DNA of 64,000 nucleotides, taken from Macrostomum lignano (taxonomy: Eukaryota). The stretch covers positions 1 through 64,000 of the forward strand of contig NIVC01001133.1 in the NCBI GenBank assembly GCA_002269645.1. The letters run 5' to 3'. The translations under genes were made by a program, and so were the position numbers. Below are positions 1 to 11,639 of this stretch, in pieces; positions within the stretch are counted from its first letter, which is position 1; each line of letters begins with the position of its first letter. Below the pieces are notes generated by a model. The model was not told the origin of the DNA and made no database searches. It saw only the letters and a program-made list of their open reading frames with translations.

Positions 1-413
1 CTACAAATAAAAAACTGTTCAATATCAACTCCCTATAGTGTCATGAAATTTTTCCATCATTCATACCATGCCATGGACTGCTCGTATTAGGGCATCATCA
101 AACTATTAACAGATAAGCTGAGGACATGCTGTAAGATTTTGTCTAGCTGAAAGAAATTAAAAAAACATGCCAAAACGACATCACTGATGACATTGCAGGT
201 AAAGTGCAGCCGGATTAGGTATATTTTGCTTTGCTTTGGAGTATTAAATAAATTGTAGTAGGAGCGTCCGTGATACGTTATATCACATCAATATAGGTTC
301 GGTTCTTTCAGTGTTGTTACTTTCAGAGCAATGCATCCACTTTCGTCAAACTATTATTTAGTTATACAATACTGAATTGTAAGCTGTAGCATGCGTAGTT
401 TGACATCTGTCGA

Positions 414-3316
414 TTAGTTGTTAGCAGCTGGCGTAGTTGCGACCACTGGTGCTGAGATGTTGGTATTAGCAGAGGTAGTTGGTGCTGGTGGTGGAGGTGC
501 TGAGTTGTTGTTGTCAGCAGATGTAGTTTGGTGCTGGTGGTGGAGGTGCTGAGTTGTTGGTATCAGCAGAGGTAGTTTGTGCTGGTGGTGGAGGTGCTGA
601 GTTGTTGGTGTCAGCAGATGTAGTTGGTGCTGGTGGTGGAGGTGCTGAGTTGTTGGTGTCAGCAGATGTAGTTTGTGCTGGTGGTGGAGGTGCTGAGTTG
701 TTGGTATCAGCAGAGGTAGTTTGTGCTGGTGGTGGAGGTGCTGAGTTGTTGGTATCAGCAGATGTAGTTTGTGCTGAGTTGTTGGTACAACAAGAGCAGA
801 GGCATTTCCAACAGTTGTCCATTCCATTACTGACATCGAGGGCGCCGTTGGCACATATCAGTAATAAACAGTATCCAACGCAGAACATCGGACAAAATAA
901 AATAATCACAAGCATGCAAAACAAACACGAGCCGTATCGGTTGCGCATGGATTCAATATTTTCCTCTCGCTCATTACGATAAGGATATGCGCAGCGGACA
1001 CAAAGGTATCCGAATCCCTGGATGAAGATAGAAACAATTAGCAGGTAAATTGCTTTTGTTAAGTGTTACATTATCTAAACTTGTGTCTAAAAAACCGATT
1101 TACTAAAACGGCCATTGCATCTATCATATTCTACGAGCGTATGTCTAGCTTGATTCAAATATAAATAAACATTGATTCGAACTCACTTACACATACGAAA
1201 TAAAAAAAAATAGAAGTAGTACAAAGTTTGGTAACCACCAAAAAATTGCAATTAGTGCTATGTCTCTCTTTAAAATATAGGACAGATCTTCCTTAAATTC
1301 GCTACTGTTGCAGCACCCGTAACTGCAACAGAATGATTTCGTGCTGCTGGGGATGTTCACATCAGAGAAAGAAACGTTGACCAAAAAATCGATCTTTTCT
1401 GGGCAGGCAAGCAGCTCATCTCTGTTAATGTATATATTGCACAGTGTGACTTCTTCATATTTGAAATTTGCTCCATCTCTGTTCATATACCGCTTGAGAT
1501 CATTTGACACTTTTGTTTTAGGACTTTTTAGCAGCGCTGCGGAACCTCTTTTGTATCTTGAATGAAGCAAGGGTGGTGATGCATTGTTAACTGCAGTATT
1601 CGCTTACTTAAGAGTAGAAAGACCATGAAGTGTATTTCAAATACACACATTTTTTCTTTGTCTGGATCCCCAAAAATATTCAAGTGCCAATTTCCATGAA
1701 AATCCAGAACACGGGCGAAGTTTTCCGCTCTATTTGATGAAGGAACTTCGAGAATCATGAAAAATCGGCATCGTCGAGATATTAAACGATTCTCCTAGGG
1801 AGTCTGGTGGCAAAAACCACCAACATTGGCAAAATTTTTCTGCTCGAAAAATCTCATTATGAAACCACGTGGGAGTAACAAACTATGCATATCAGTCGTA
1901 GAGGCCTTTGTTCTCAGCACTCTAGGCAACAGGGTCCCCTTCATCACCGTCTGGAGCATCGGCGGCGACCGTCGGAAAAATCACGATGTTGGGGGAGCCA
2001 GCTCGTCAGGGCCGCGTGGTGGTATCCGTTGAAAGTCCGGAAGGTCGCCTGCATGTCTACAGGTTAACCTAGAGGGTCGCTATCGTCCATTTAATTCACC
2101 GATTAAGTCTACTGACTGAATGCTGCATGCAGAAGAGGATTCTTCCATTTCAGTTTTCAGCCGTCTCTGAGATGCCGATCAGGTGCTTTTGTCGAAGGTC
2201 TCGATGGTCGCCGCCGATGCTCCAGACGGTGATAAAGAGGACCCTGGTGCCTTGAGTGCTGAGAACAAAGGCCTCTACGATGGATGGACCCAGATCATTG
2301 AGCCAATATGGATTCACTATGAAGGCTTATACAGTGTAGTGTGGGTCGTCCTTGCCACCAGTGTCTTCGAAAAGAATCGTTGAATATCTCGACGATGCTG
2401 ACGTCCAATGACTTTGAAAGTTAGTTCGTCAGAAAGGGCGGGAAATTTTGATTTATAAGGTGGACTTTTAGGAAAATGGGTAATTCGGTTTGCGAGCTAT
2501 CGTGAAATGGGTCGTGTGTATTTGTAATACACCCCGTGGTCTTTTCCCATGGGGAAAATAGCGTGGGTATTTCTACTGTTAAGAGCAACAAAGGTATGAG
2601 TATAAGTGGCTACTAAAGCCTCTGACTGGTCTTACCCTTTATAATCACGCGACTCGGCGCCTAAAATGCATGAGAAGTTGAATTTAGCAGTAGTAGCTTT
2701 GAAAAACCTCAAATTCTGATAAAAAATATCAGGTAAAATGGCTCGTTTGGCATCAACATCAACATCACTTAATTTAGTGAATGTTGATCATAAATAGCTC
2801 GTACTTGAAAACAAAGTATTGAGATGCGGACATTATAAAAGGAAGCGTTTTATGGTACATATAGGTTGGATAAATCTGTCAAAAGTTCTATTTAAAGTCC
2901 ATTTTTCTTAACAGTGCGCTTATAGTTGTGCTTGCTTCTCAGCTCTCCATGACCAATAAAGTAATTCACATTAGGAGTTTCCTCAAGCTTAAAAGTCCTA
3001 TTCCTTTGCTCCGTTTGAAGCTATGCAGAGATTTTGGTTTGAACAAAATAAAATTAGCAATAAATCTTCCGTTCTTCACCTTAAAAGCTCAACGCCTTAA
3101 AGACCTTAATAAAAAATCTGGAATGATAGGTTGAGTCAAAAAGATTGTGATCTGATCGGCTTTGTGCTTGAACGACAGTAGCTGATATATTCTGTGTGAA
3201 CAACTACAGTTCGCATTTAAAATGTGTTTAAATATGGTGAAAAACTCACCCGTCAAAAGTCCGACAATGAGCAGTGTGATAACTGCCAGTAAATGCGTAA
3301 TTTGCCAATTCTTCAT
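414..3316 (-). pseudogene. Gene A, left copy (Shisa-like Cys-rich membrane protein), frameshifted as assembled
   Basis: Exons 3316-3250, 2660-2636, 1556-1191 and 1017-414 mirror the right copy. Exon 3 is 1 nt shorter (poly-T near 1201) and there is an extra base near 530. Both could be sequencing errors. Confidence 0.7.
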
Positions 3317-4192
3317 ACTCGTAAAAGTTTTGCTTGCTGTTGTGTACCTGGGATCTTGTTGCTTGGATCTTTTTAGTCCGAATGAAGAACTGCTGAGTTA
3401 CGCTTAGAAATTGGGAATACAAGGCTGATTAGAAGTCAAAAAATTTATTTGCAACAGGACAACTTTTACCATAGAAAACAGATTTGCAAGCAAAAGCCCA
3501 GCGGGAGTTCTGCTTTTCGACTGAAAATTTGTATAATACAAGCCCTAAGCTATTCGCTTTCGTTAGTTTACCTTTCTTAAGTTTACTTTTCTCACGTATT
3601 TCCACTGCTATGCTGCTTTGCATAAAAGCGTCAGGTTAATTGGTATCGATTGATTGAGGCTTTTACTCGTAGAATGGCTATACACAGATATAACCTAAAT
3701 TCGATGTCAAAATTCACTAAAAATTTACTCATCGTAAATAACAATGATGTTTTCTAGCGAGGAACGCCGACGGGTACCTTAGATAGATTAGTTGAAGAGA
3801 AAGGTGCACGAATCCTTATGTAAATATGGAACCAAGGACTACGAAGGACACCGGACGGGAAACTACGTTTTTTGGAAAATTTTAGGCGGTAGTTTTTTTT
3901 TAATAATAATTTACGGAGACAGCTAGGGATTTGCTGTTACAGCACAAAAACTATTAACGCTTTTTCATAGGTGACAAATCCTATATTAATCTTTTGATGT
4001 GTTTTGTCTTTCTTTTACCTCTATTGATATTCATAGAGCTTTTCGTTAGCAAAGAAGAATTTTCAACTGTTATAAATTTATAAAACTATAAATCTTATGT
4101 ACATTGCTTTGAAGTCGTTAGTAAAAGTAACGGAAATGTTGAAAATTATATCAGGGCTTAAAATCATCAAATAGCTGACCAAGTCAGTTAAA

Positions 4193-4420
4193 CAGCTGAT
4201 CAATTGAGCCAAACACAGCTGATCAATTAAGCCAAACACAGCTGATCAATTGAGCCAAACACAGCTGATCGATTGAGCCAAACACAGCTGATCGATTGAG
4301 CCAAACACAGCTGATCTCAATTGAGCCAAACACAGCTGATCAATTGAGCCAAACACAGCTGATCAATTGAGCCAAACACAGCTGATCGATTGAGCCAAAC
4401 ACAGCTGATCAATTGAGCCA
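4193..4420. repeat. 23-bp minisatellite CAGCTGATCAATTGAGCCAAACA (mirror 6773-7000)
   Basis: About 10 tandem units. Confidence 0.95.
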
Positions 4421-4493
4421 ACTTAACTCTGCTTTGCTTCAATTCACCCAGCTGTAAAATGGGTGCCAGCATTAGCTGGGATAATTGAGGGTG

Positions 4494-4778
4494 CGTGCTA
4501 ATCTCTAATTAGCCTGCGCGGCCACCCGCTACCGTATCGGCCTTACCGAGACTCCGCTCTGTCCGGACTGCGGAGACGAAGACACAGAAGAGCACCTCCT
4601 GCAGCAGTGTCCACGCGGAGACTCCGCCCGCCTTGCTCACCCTCTCGACCTCAACGACGCGGGCGGAATCTGCCGGTATCTGAGGATGATGGGGCGGCCT
4701 GCAGGTCGCCCTCCCCCCCAGCCGCCGGACAGCGGCGACGCGGGGGCTGCGTAGAAGAAGAAGAAGAAGAAGAAGAAG
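4494..4778 (+). mobile_element. 3' end of a non-LTR retrotransposon (5'-truncated LINE)
   Basis: The frame from 4527 reads RYRIGLTETPLCPDCGDEDTEEHLLQQCP, the CCHC-type C-terminal motif of LINE ORF2. It ends in an (AAG)8 tail at 4755-4778. Confidence 0.75.
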
Positions 4779-5000
4779 CAGCAGCAGCAGCAGCAGAGTT
4801 ATCAAGGGTTGCAGCTGCAGCAGGACTCCCTGTCGCACCAGCAGGCACATCCATATGGAGGCTTCACACAGCCGCAGGTTTGCCCAGAATACCCCCCGAT
4901 GCACCAGCAGTCGCCAGAGCAATACCCTCCGCCACCGCCTCCTCCATACATGTATTCTGGAAGCAATGACTCGATCCAGCAAGTGCCACAAAAGCAATAA
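4779..5000 (+). pseudogene. Orphan C-terminal exon fragment, Gln/Pro/Tyr-rich with a PPPY motif
   Basis: QQQQQQSYQGLQLQQ...EYPPMHQQSPEQYPPPPPPPYMY...KQ*. Its 5' side is cut by the LINE tail. Confidence 0.5.
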
Positions 5001-5342
5001 TGAGATGCCAAAAACTAAATCAATGAGCAACATCTGTACCGACAAACTATAAATTTCTGAATTTTCATTATTATGCCCCAAAGTAAAGCTGAGCATTTAT
5101 GTTGAGAAATTTAAGTTCAAATATCAAAGAATGCTTCGAAATATTTAGTCTTATTGATAACTCTTTTTTCAAAAATATTGAAATTCGAATTTTAAATACT
5201 GTAAAACTGGTCTTTTACTCGATAAAATGTCTCGACAAAAATTAAATAAGAAATATTCACGACTACAGTCATAAAAACACTGCACTCAAAAGATTGTACA
5301 TTTTCGAGATGGAATGTTTTTTAGTCTAGTACGTGCTACTCA

Positions 5343-6298
5343 GAATCATTCCCCCTTTAGCATGATTTCCCCTTTGGCATCATTCCCCCTTTTAGCATCA
5401 TTCCCCCTTTTAGCATGATTTCCCCTTTGGCATCATTCCCCCTTTTAGCATCATTCCCCCTTTAGCATGATTTCCCCTTTTAGCATCATTCCCCCTTTAG
5501 CATGATTTCCCCTTTTAGCATGATTCCCCATTTAGCATGATTTCCCCTTTGGCATCATTCCCCATTTAGCATCATTCCCCCTTTGGCATCATTCCCCCTT
5601 TTAGCATCACTCCCCATTTAGCATCATTCCCCCTTTTAGCATCATTCCCCCTTTTAGCATCATTCCCCCTTTAGCATGATTTCCCCTTTGGCATCATTCC
5701 CCATTTAGCATCATTCCCCCTTTTAGCATCATTCCCCCTTTAGCATCATTCCCCCTTTTAGCATTATTCACCCTTTAGCATCATTCACCCTTTAGCATCA
5801 TTCCCCCCTTTAGCATCATTCCCCCTTTTAGCATCATTCCCCCTTTAGCATCATTCCCCCTTTTAGCATCATTCCCCCTTTTAGCATCATTCCCCATTTA
5901 GCATCATTCCCCCTTTTAGAATCATTCCCCCTTTTAGCATCATTCCCCCTTTAGCATGATTTCCCCTTTGGCATCATTCCCCCTTTTAGCATCATTCCCC
6001 CTTTTAGCATCATTCCCCCTTTAGCATCATTCCCCCTTTAGCATGATTTCCCCTTTGGCATCATTCCCCCTTTTAGCATCATTCCCTCTTTTAGCATCAT
6101 TTCCCATTTTAGCATCATTCCCCCTTTAGCATCATTCCCCCTTTTAGCATTATTCACCCTTTAGCATCATTCCCCCTTTTAGCATCATTCACCGTTTAGC
6201 ATCATTCCCCCCTTTAGCATCATTCCCCCTTTAGCATCATTCCCCCCTTTAGCATCATTCCCCATTTAGCATTATTCCCACTCAGCATCATTCCCTTC
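5343..6298. repeat. 19-20-bp minisatellite TAGCATCATTCCCCCTT(T)
   Basis: Tandem units across the palindrome spacer. Confidence 0.95.
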
Positions 6299-6576
6299 TT
6301 ACCTTAGCTCATATCGTATTGTTTGTACAATTCTCGCTCAAAATCATATTTTGCTGCAAAATAATTCAGTAATTATTTTAAAGCGTTAGTACTAGGAGAA
6401 ACCAACTTCTAGGATGAATTGTTTCATGAATTTTTACTTGAACCATGGCTGGTTCTCCTAGCCTGAATCCCAAGCCACTCGGGTAATTTGATAGAGCAGA
6501 AGTTTGATTTTATACATGTAAAATGTACACGCGCCACGCGAGAGAGCCAAAAAGGAACGCAGGTAACGATAAAAAA

Positions 6577-6772
6577 ATTGATTACAACTGCCCTAATAGG
6601 AAGATTTGCAACCGACAGCTCAGCCGCAGCTATTGCGCGGCGCATCTGAAGGCTGCGATCGGCTGTTCAGTCCAAAGAATTGGGGGGGGGGTCGCTACAC
6701 ACCCTCAATTATCCCAGCTAATGCTGGCACCCATTTTACAGCTGGGTGAATTGAAGCAAAGCAGAGTTAAGT
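6577..6772 (-). mobile_element. SINE family 1, head missing (a 23-bp array lies in its place); partial mirror at 4421-4493
   Basis: Reverse complement matches the SINE 1 body and tail. Confidence 0.8.
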
Positions 6773-7876
6773 TGGCTCAATTGATCAGCTGTGTTTGGCT
6801 CAATCGATCAGCTGTGTTTGGCTCAATTGATCAGCTGTGTTTGGCTCAATTGATCAGCTGTGTTTGGCTCAATTGAGATCAGCTGTGTTTGGCTCAATCG
6901 ATCAGCTGTGTTTGGCTCAATCGATCAGCTGTGTTTGGCTCAATTGATCAGCTGTGTTTGGCTTAATTGATCAGCTGTGTTTGGCTCAATTGATCAGCTG
7001 TTTAACTGACTTGGTCAGCTATTTGATGATTTTAAGCCCTGATATAATTTTCAACATTTCCGTTACTTTTACTAACGACTTCAAAGCAATGTACATAAGA
7101 TTTATAGTTTTATAAATTTATAACAGTTGAAAATTCTTCTTTGCTAACGAAAAGCTCTATGAATATCAATAGAGGTAAAAGAAAGACAAAACACATCAAA
7201 AGATTAATATAGGATTTGTCACCTATGAAAAAGCGTTAATAGTTTTTGTGCTGTAACAGCAAATCCCTAGCTGTCTCCGTAAATTATTATTAAAAAAAAA
7301 CTACCGCCTAAAATTTTCCAAAAAACGTAGTTTCCCGTCCGGTGTCCTTCGTAGTCCTTGGTTCCATATTTACATAAGGATTCGTGCACCTTTCTCTTCA
7401 ACTAATCTATCTAAGGTACCCGTCGGCGTTCCTCGCTAGAAAACATCATTGTTATTTACGATGAGTAAATTTTTAGTGAATTTTGACATCGAATTTAGGT
7501 TATATCTGTGTATAGCCATTCTACGAGTAAAAGCCTCAATCAATCGATACCAATTAACCTGACGCTTTTATGCAAAGCAGCATAGCAGTGGAAATACGTG
7601 AGAAAAGTAAACTTAAGAAAGGTAAACTAACGAAAGCGAATAGCTTAGGGCTTGTATTATACAAATTTTCAGTCGAAAAGCAGAACTCCCGCTGGGCTTT
7701 TGCTTGCAAATCTGTTTTCTATGGTAAAAGTTGTCCTGTTGCAAATAAATTTTTTGACTTCTAATCAGCCTTGTATTCCCAATTTCTAAGCGTAACTCAG
7801 CAGTTCTTCATTCGGACTAAAAAGATCCAAGCAACAAGATCCCAGGTACACAACAGCAAGCAAAACTTTTACGAGT

Positions 7877-10781
7877 ATGAAGAATTGGCAAATTACGCAT
7901 TTACTGGCAGTTATCACACTGCTCATTGTCGGACTTTTGACGGGTGAGTTTTTCACCATATTTAAACACATTTTAAATGCGAACTGTAGTTGTTCACACA
8001 GAATATATCAGCTACTGTCGTTCAAGCACAAAGCCGATCAGATCACAATCTTTTTGACTCAACCTATCATTCCAGATTTTTTATTAAGGTCTTTAAGGCG
8101 TTGAGCTTTTAAGGTGAAGAACGGAAGATTTATTGCTAATTTTATTTTGTTCAAACCAAAATCTCTGCATAGCTTCAAACGGAGCAAAGGAATAGGACTT
8201 TTAAGCTTGAGGAAACTCCTAATGTGAATTACTTTATTGGTCATGGAGAGCTGAGAAGCAAGCACAACTATAAGCGCACTGTTAAGAAAAATGGACTTTA
8301 AATAGAACTTTTGACAGATTTATCCAACCTATATGTACCATAAAACGCTTCCTTTTATAATGTCCGCATCTCAATACTTTGTTTTCAAGTACGAGCTATT
8401 TATGATCAACATTCACTAAATTAAGTGATGTTGATGTTGATGCCAAACGAGCCATTTTACCTGATATTTTTTATCAGAATTTGAGGTTTTTCAAAGCTAC
8501 TACTGCTAAATTCAACTTCTCATGCATTTTAGGCGCCGAGTCGCGTGATTATAAAGGGTAAGACCAGTCAGAGGCTTTAGTAGCCACTTATACTCATACC
8601 TTTGTTGCTCTTAACAGTAGAAATACCCACGCTATTTTCCCCCATGGGAAAAGACCACGGGGTGTATTACAAATACACACGACCCATTTCACGATAGCTC
8701 GCAAACCGAATTACCCATTTTCCTAAAAGTCCACCTTATAAATCAAAATTTCCCGCCCTTTCTGACGAACTAACTTTCAAAGTCATTGGACGTCAGCATC
8801 GTCGAGATATTCAACGATTCTTTTCGAAGACACTGGTGGCAAGGACGACCCACACTACACTGTATAAGCCTTCATAGTGAATCCATATTGGCTCAATGAT
8901 CTGGGTCCATCCATCGTAGAGGCCTTTGTTCTCAGCACTCAAGGCACCAGGGTCCTCTTTATCACCGTCTGGAGCATCGGCGGCGACCATCGAGACCTTC
9001 GACAAAAGCACCTGATCGGCATCTCAGAGACGGCTGAAAACTGAAATGGAAGAATCCTCTTCTGCATGCAGCATTCAGTCAGTAGACTTAATCGGTGAAT
9101 TAAATGGACGATAGCGACCCTCTAGGTTAACCTGTAGACATGCAGGCGACCTTCCGGACTTTCAACGGATACCACCACGCGGCCCTGACGAGCTGGCTCC
9201 CCCAACATCGTGATTTTTCCGACGGTCGCCGCCGATGCTCCAGACGGTGATGAAGGGGACCCTGTTGCCTAGAGTGCTGAGAACAAAGGCCTCTACGACT
9301 GATATGCATAGTTTGTTACTCCCACGTGGTTTCATAATGAGATTTTTCGAGCAGAAAAATTTTGCCAATGTTGGTGGTTTTTGCCACCAGACTCCCCTAG
9401 GAGAATCGTTTAATATCTCGACGATGCCGATTTTTCATGATTCTCGAAGTTCCTTCATCAAATAGAGCGGAAAACTTCGCCCGTGTTCTGGATTTTCATG
9501 GAAATTGGCACTTGAATATTTTTGGGGATCCAGACAAAGAAAAAATGTGTGTATTTGAAATACACTTCATGGTCTTTCTACTCTTAAGTAAGCGAATACT
9601 GCAGTTAACAATGCATCACCACCCTTGCTTCATTCAAGATACAAAAGAGGTTCCGCAGCGCTGCTAAAAAGTCCTAAAACAAAAGTGTCAAATGATCTCA
9701 AGCGGTATATGAACAGAGATGGAGCAAATTTCAAATATGAAGAAGTCACACTGTGCAATATATACATTAACAGAGATGAGCTGCTTGCCTGCCCAGAAAA
9801 GATCGATTTTTTGGTCAACGTTTCTTTCTCTGATGTGAACATCCCCAGCAGCACGAAATCATTCTGTTGCAGTTACGGGTGCTGCAACAGTAGCGAATTT
9901 AAGGAAGATCTGTCCTATATTTTAAAGAGAGACATAGCACTAATTGCAATTTTTTGGTGGTTACCAAACTTTGTACTACTTCTATTTTTTTTTTTTTTCG
10001 TATGTGTAAGTGAGTTCGAATCAATGTTTATTTATATTTGAATCAAGCTAGACATACGCTCGTAGAATATGATAGATGCAATGGCCGTTTTAGTAAATCG
10101 GTTTTTTAGACACAAGTTTAGATAATGTAACACTTAACAAAAGCAATTTACCTGCTAATTGTTTCTATCTTCATCCAGGGATTCGGATACCTTTGTGTCC
10201 GCTGCGCATATCCTTATCGTAATGAGCGAGAGGAAAATATTGAATCCATGCGCAACCGATACGGCTCGTGTTTGTTTTGCATGCTTGTGATTATTTTATT
10301 TTGTCCGATGTTCTGCGTTGGATACTGTTTATTACTGATATGTGCCAACGGCGCCCTCGATGTCAGTAATGGAATGGACAACTGTTGGAAATGCCTCTGC
10401 TCTTGTTGTACCAACAACTCAGCACAAACTACATCTGCTGATACCAACAACTCAGCACCTCCACCACCAGCACAAACTACCTCTGCTGATACCAACAACT
10501 CAGCACCTCCACCACCAGCACAAACTACATCTGCTGACACCAACAACTCAGCACCTCCACCACCAGCACCAACTACATCTGCTGACACCAACAACTCAGC
10601 ACCTCCACCACCAGCACAAACTACCTCTGCTGATACCAACAACTCAGCACCTCCACCACCAGCACCAACTACATCTGCTGACAACAACAACTCAGCACCT
10701 CCACCACCAGCACCAACTACCTCTGCTAATACCAACATCTCAGCACCAGTGGTCGCAACTACGCCAGCTGCTAACAACTAA
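7877..10781 (+). CDS. Gene A: signal peptide, C*C*CC*CC ectodomain, TM, Cys-rich hydrophobic segment and T/S/P/N repeat tail (353 aa)
   Basis: Exons 7877-7943 (MKNWQITHLLAVITLLIVGLLT, G|GTGAGT), 8533-8557 (25-nt micro-exon, tttag|...|GTAAGA), 9639-10005 and 10179-10781. All introns are GT-AG, phases are compatible (1,2,0), and the total of 1062 nt is open. Confidence 0.8.
8615..9583. mobile_element. Non-autonomous foldback/MITE-like DNA element in intron 2 of gene A (mirror copy 1612-2578)
   Basis: Flanked by a (CTC)TTAA duplication. Termini CAGTAGAAA.../...TTTCTACTC, with internal inverted segments (about 8915-8990 vs 9225-9300; 8797-8820 vs 9401-9425). Absent from the 101-nt intron of paralog C (18793-18893). 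Confidence 0.75.
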
Positions 10782-11234
10782 TCGACAGATGTCAAACTAC
10801 GCATGCTACAGCTTACAATTCAGTATTGTATAACTAAATAATAGTTTGACGAAAGTGGATGCATTGCTCTGAAAAGTAACAACACTGAAAGAACCGAACC
10901 TATATTGATGTGATATAACGTATCACGGACGCTCCTACTACAATTTATTTAATACTCCAAAGCAAAGCAAAATATACCTAATCCGGCTGCACTTTACCTG
11001 CAATGTCATCAGTGATGTCGTTTTGGCATGTTTTTTTAATTTCTTTCAGCTAGACAAAATCTTACAGCATGTCCTCAGCTTATCTGTTAATAGTTTGATG
11101 ATGCCCTAATACGAGCAGTCCATGGGCATGGTATGAATGATGGAAAAATTTCATGACACTATAGGGAGTTGATATTGAACAGTTTTTTATTTGTAGACTG
11201 AATGCCTCGACTAATTTTTAATGGACCGGTTTGT

Positions 11235-11639
11235 GCGGTGCAGTTCCGAGATCGAGTCCATCGCGTCCTGCTTCCGAAGTTCCCCGCCTGCCCCGCGCTC
11301 TGCCCGGTAGTGGCGATTCGCCGACTTCTGTGGGTCAACAAGCTGGCAATAGCCGAGGCGCCACTCTGGTCCTTCATCGATCGCAATGGACAGCGGCGCC
11401 ATCTACCCCCTAGGGACCTGGACCGGTTTCTTGACTCTAAGCTGCAGAGGGCTGGGTGTGGCGGCAAGCTCTACTCGGCTCACAGCCTGCGCCCAGGTGG
11501 GGCCACCTGGGCAGCTCACATGGGCCTGCCGGTGGCGGAGAACCATCGGATCGGCGACTGGAAGAGTTCGGCGGTGGAGCGCTACTTGCCCAACTCGGGT
11601 GTTGCTGCGGCCTCTCTGCGTTTTTTCTTCCGCCCTTAG
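11235..11639 (+). mobile_element. C-terminal tyrosine recombinase fragment of a DIRS/Ngaro-type retroelement
   Basis: LCPVVA...HSLRPGGATWAAHMG...IGDWKSSAVERY carries the HxxR and catalytic Tyr motifs. The N-terminal part is missing. Confidence 0.85.

Larger units (their letters stand above)
1..4493. repeat. Left arm of a large inverted duplication (partner 6700-11196)
   Basis: Base 1 (ctacaaataaaaaactg) is the reverse complement of the sequence ending at 11196. Mirrored ORFs sum to 11193-11197 (3429..3623/7570..7764; 2183..2383/8811..9011). Identity ends at ...gagggtg 4493/6700. The arm may continue beyond the window. Confidence 0.97.
6700..11196. repeat. Right arm of the inverted duplication
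   Basis: Reverse complement of 1-4493. The differences I noticed are almost all 1-nt homopolymer indels. Confidence 0.97.

Noticed and set aside
554-982. Gly/Val-rich antisense ORFs and His-rich alternative frames over the gene A repeat (also 10214-10833)
   Set aside because: Shadows of the 45-nt coding repeat; only the frame joined to exon 3 has splice support.
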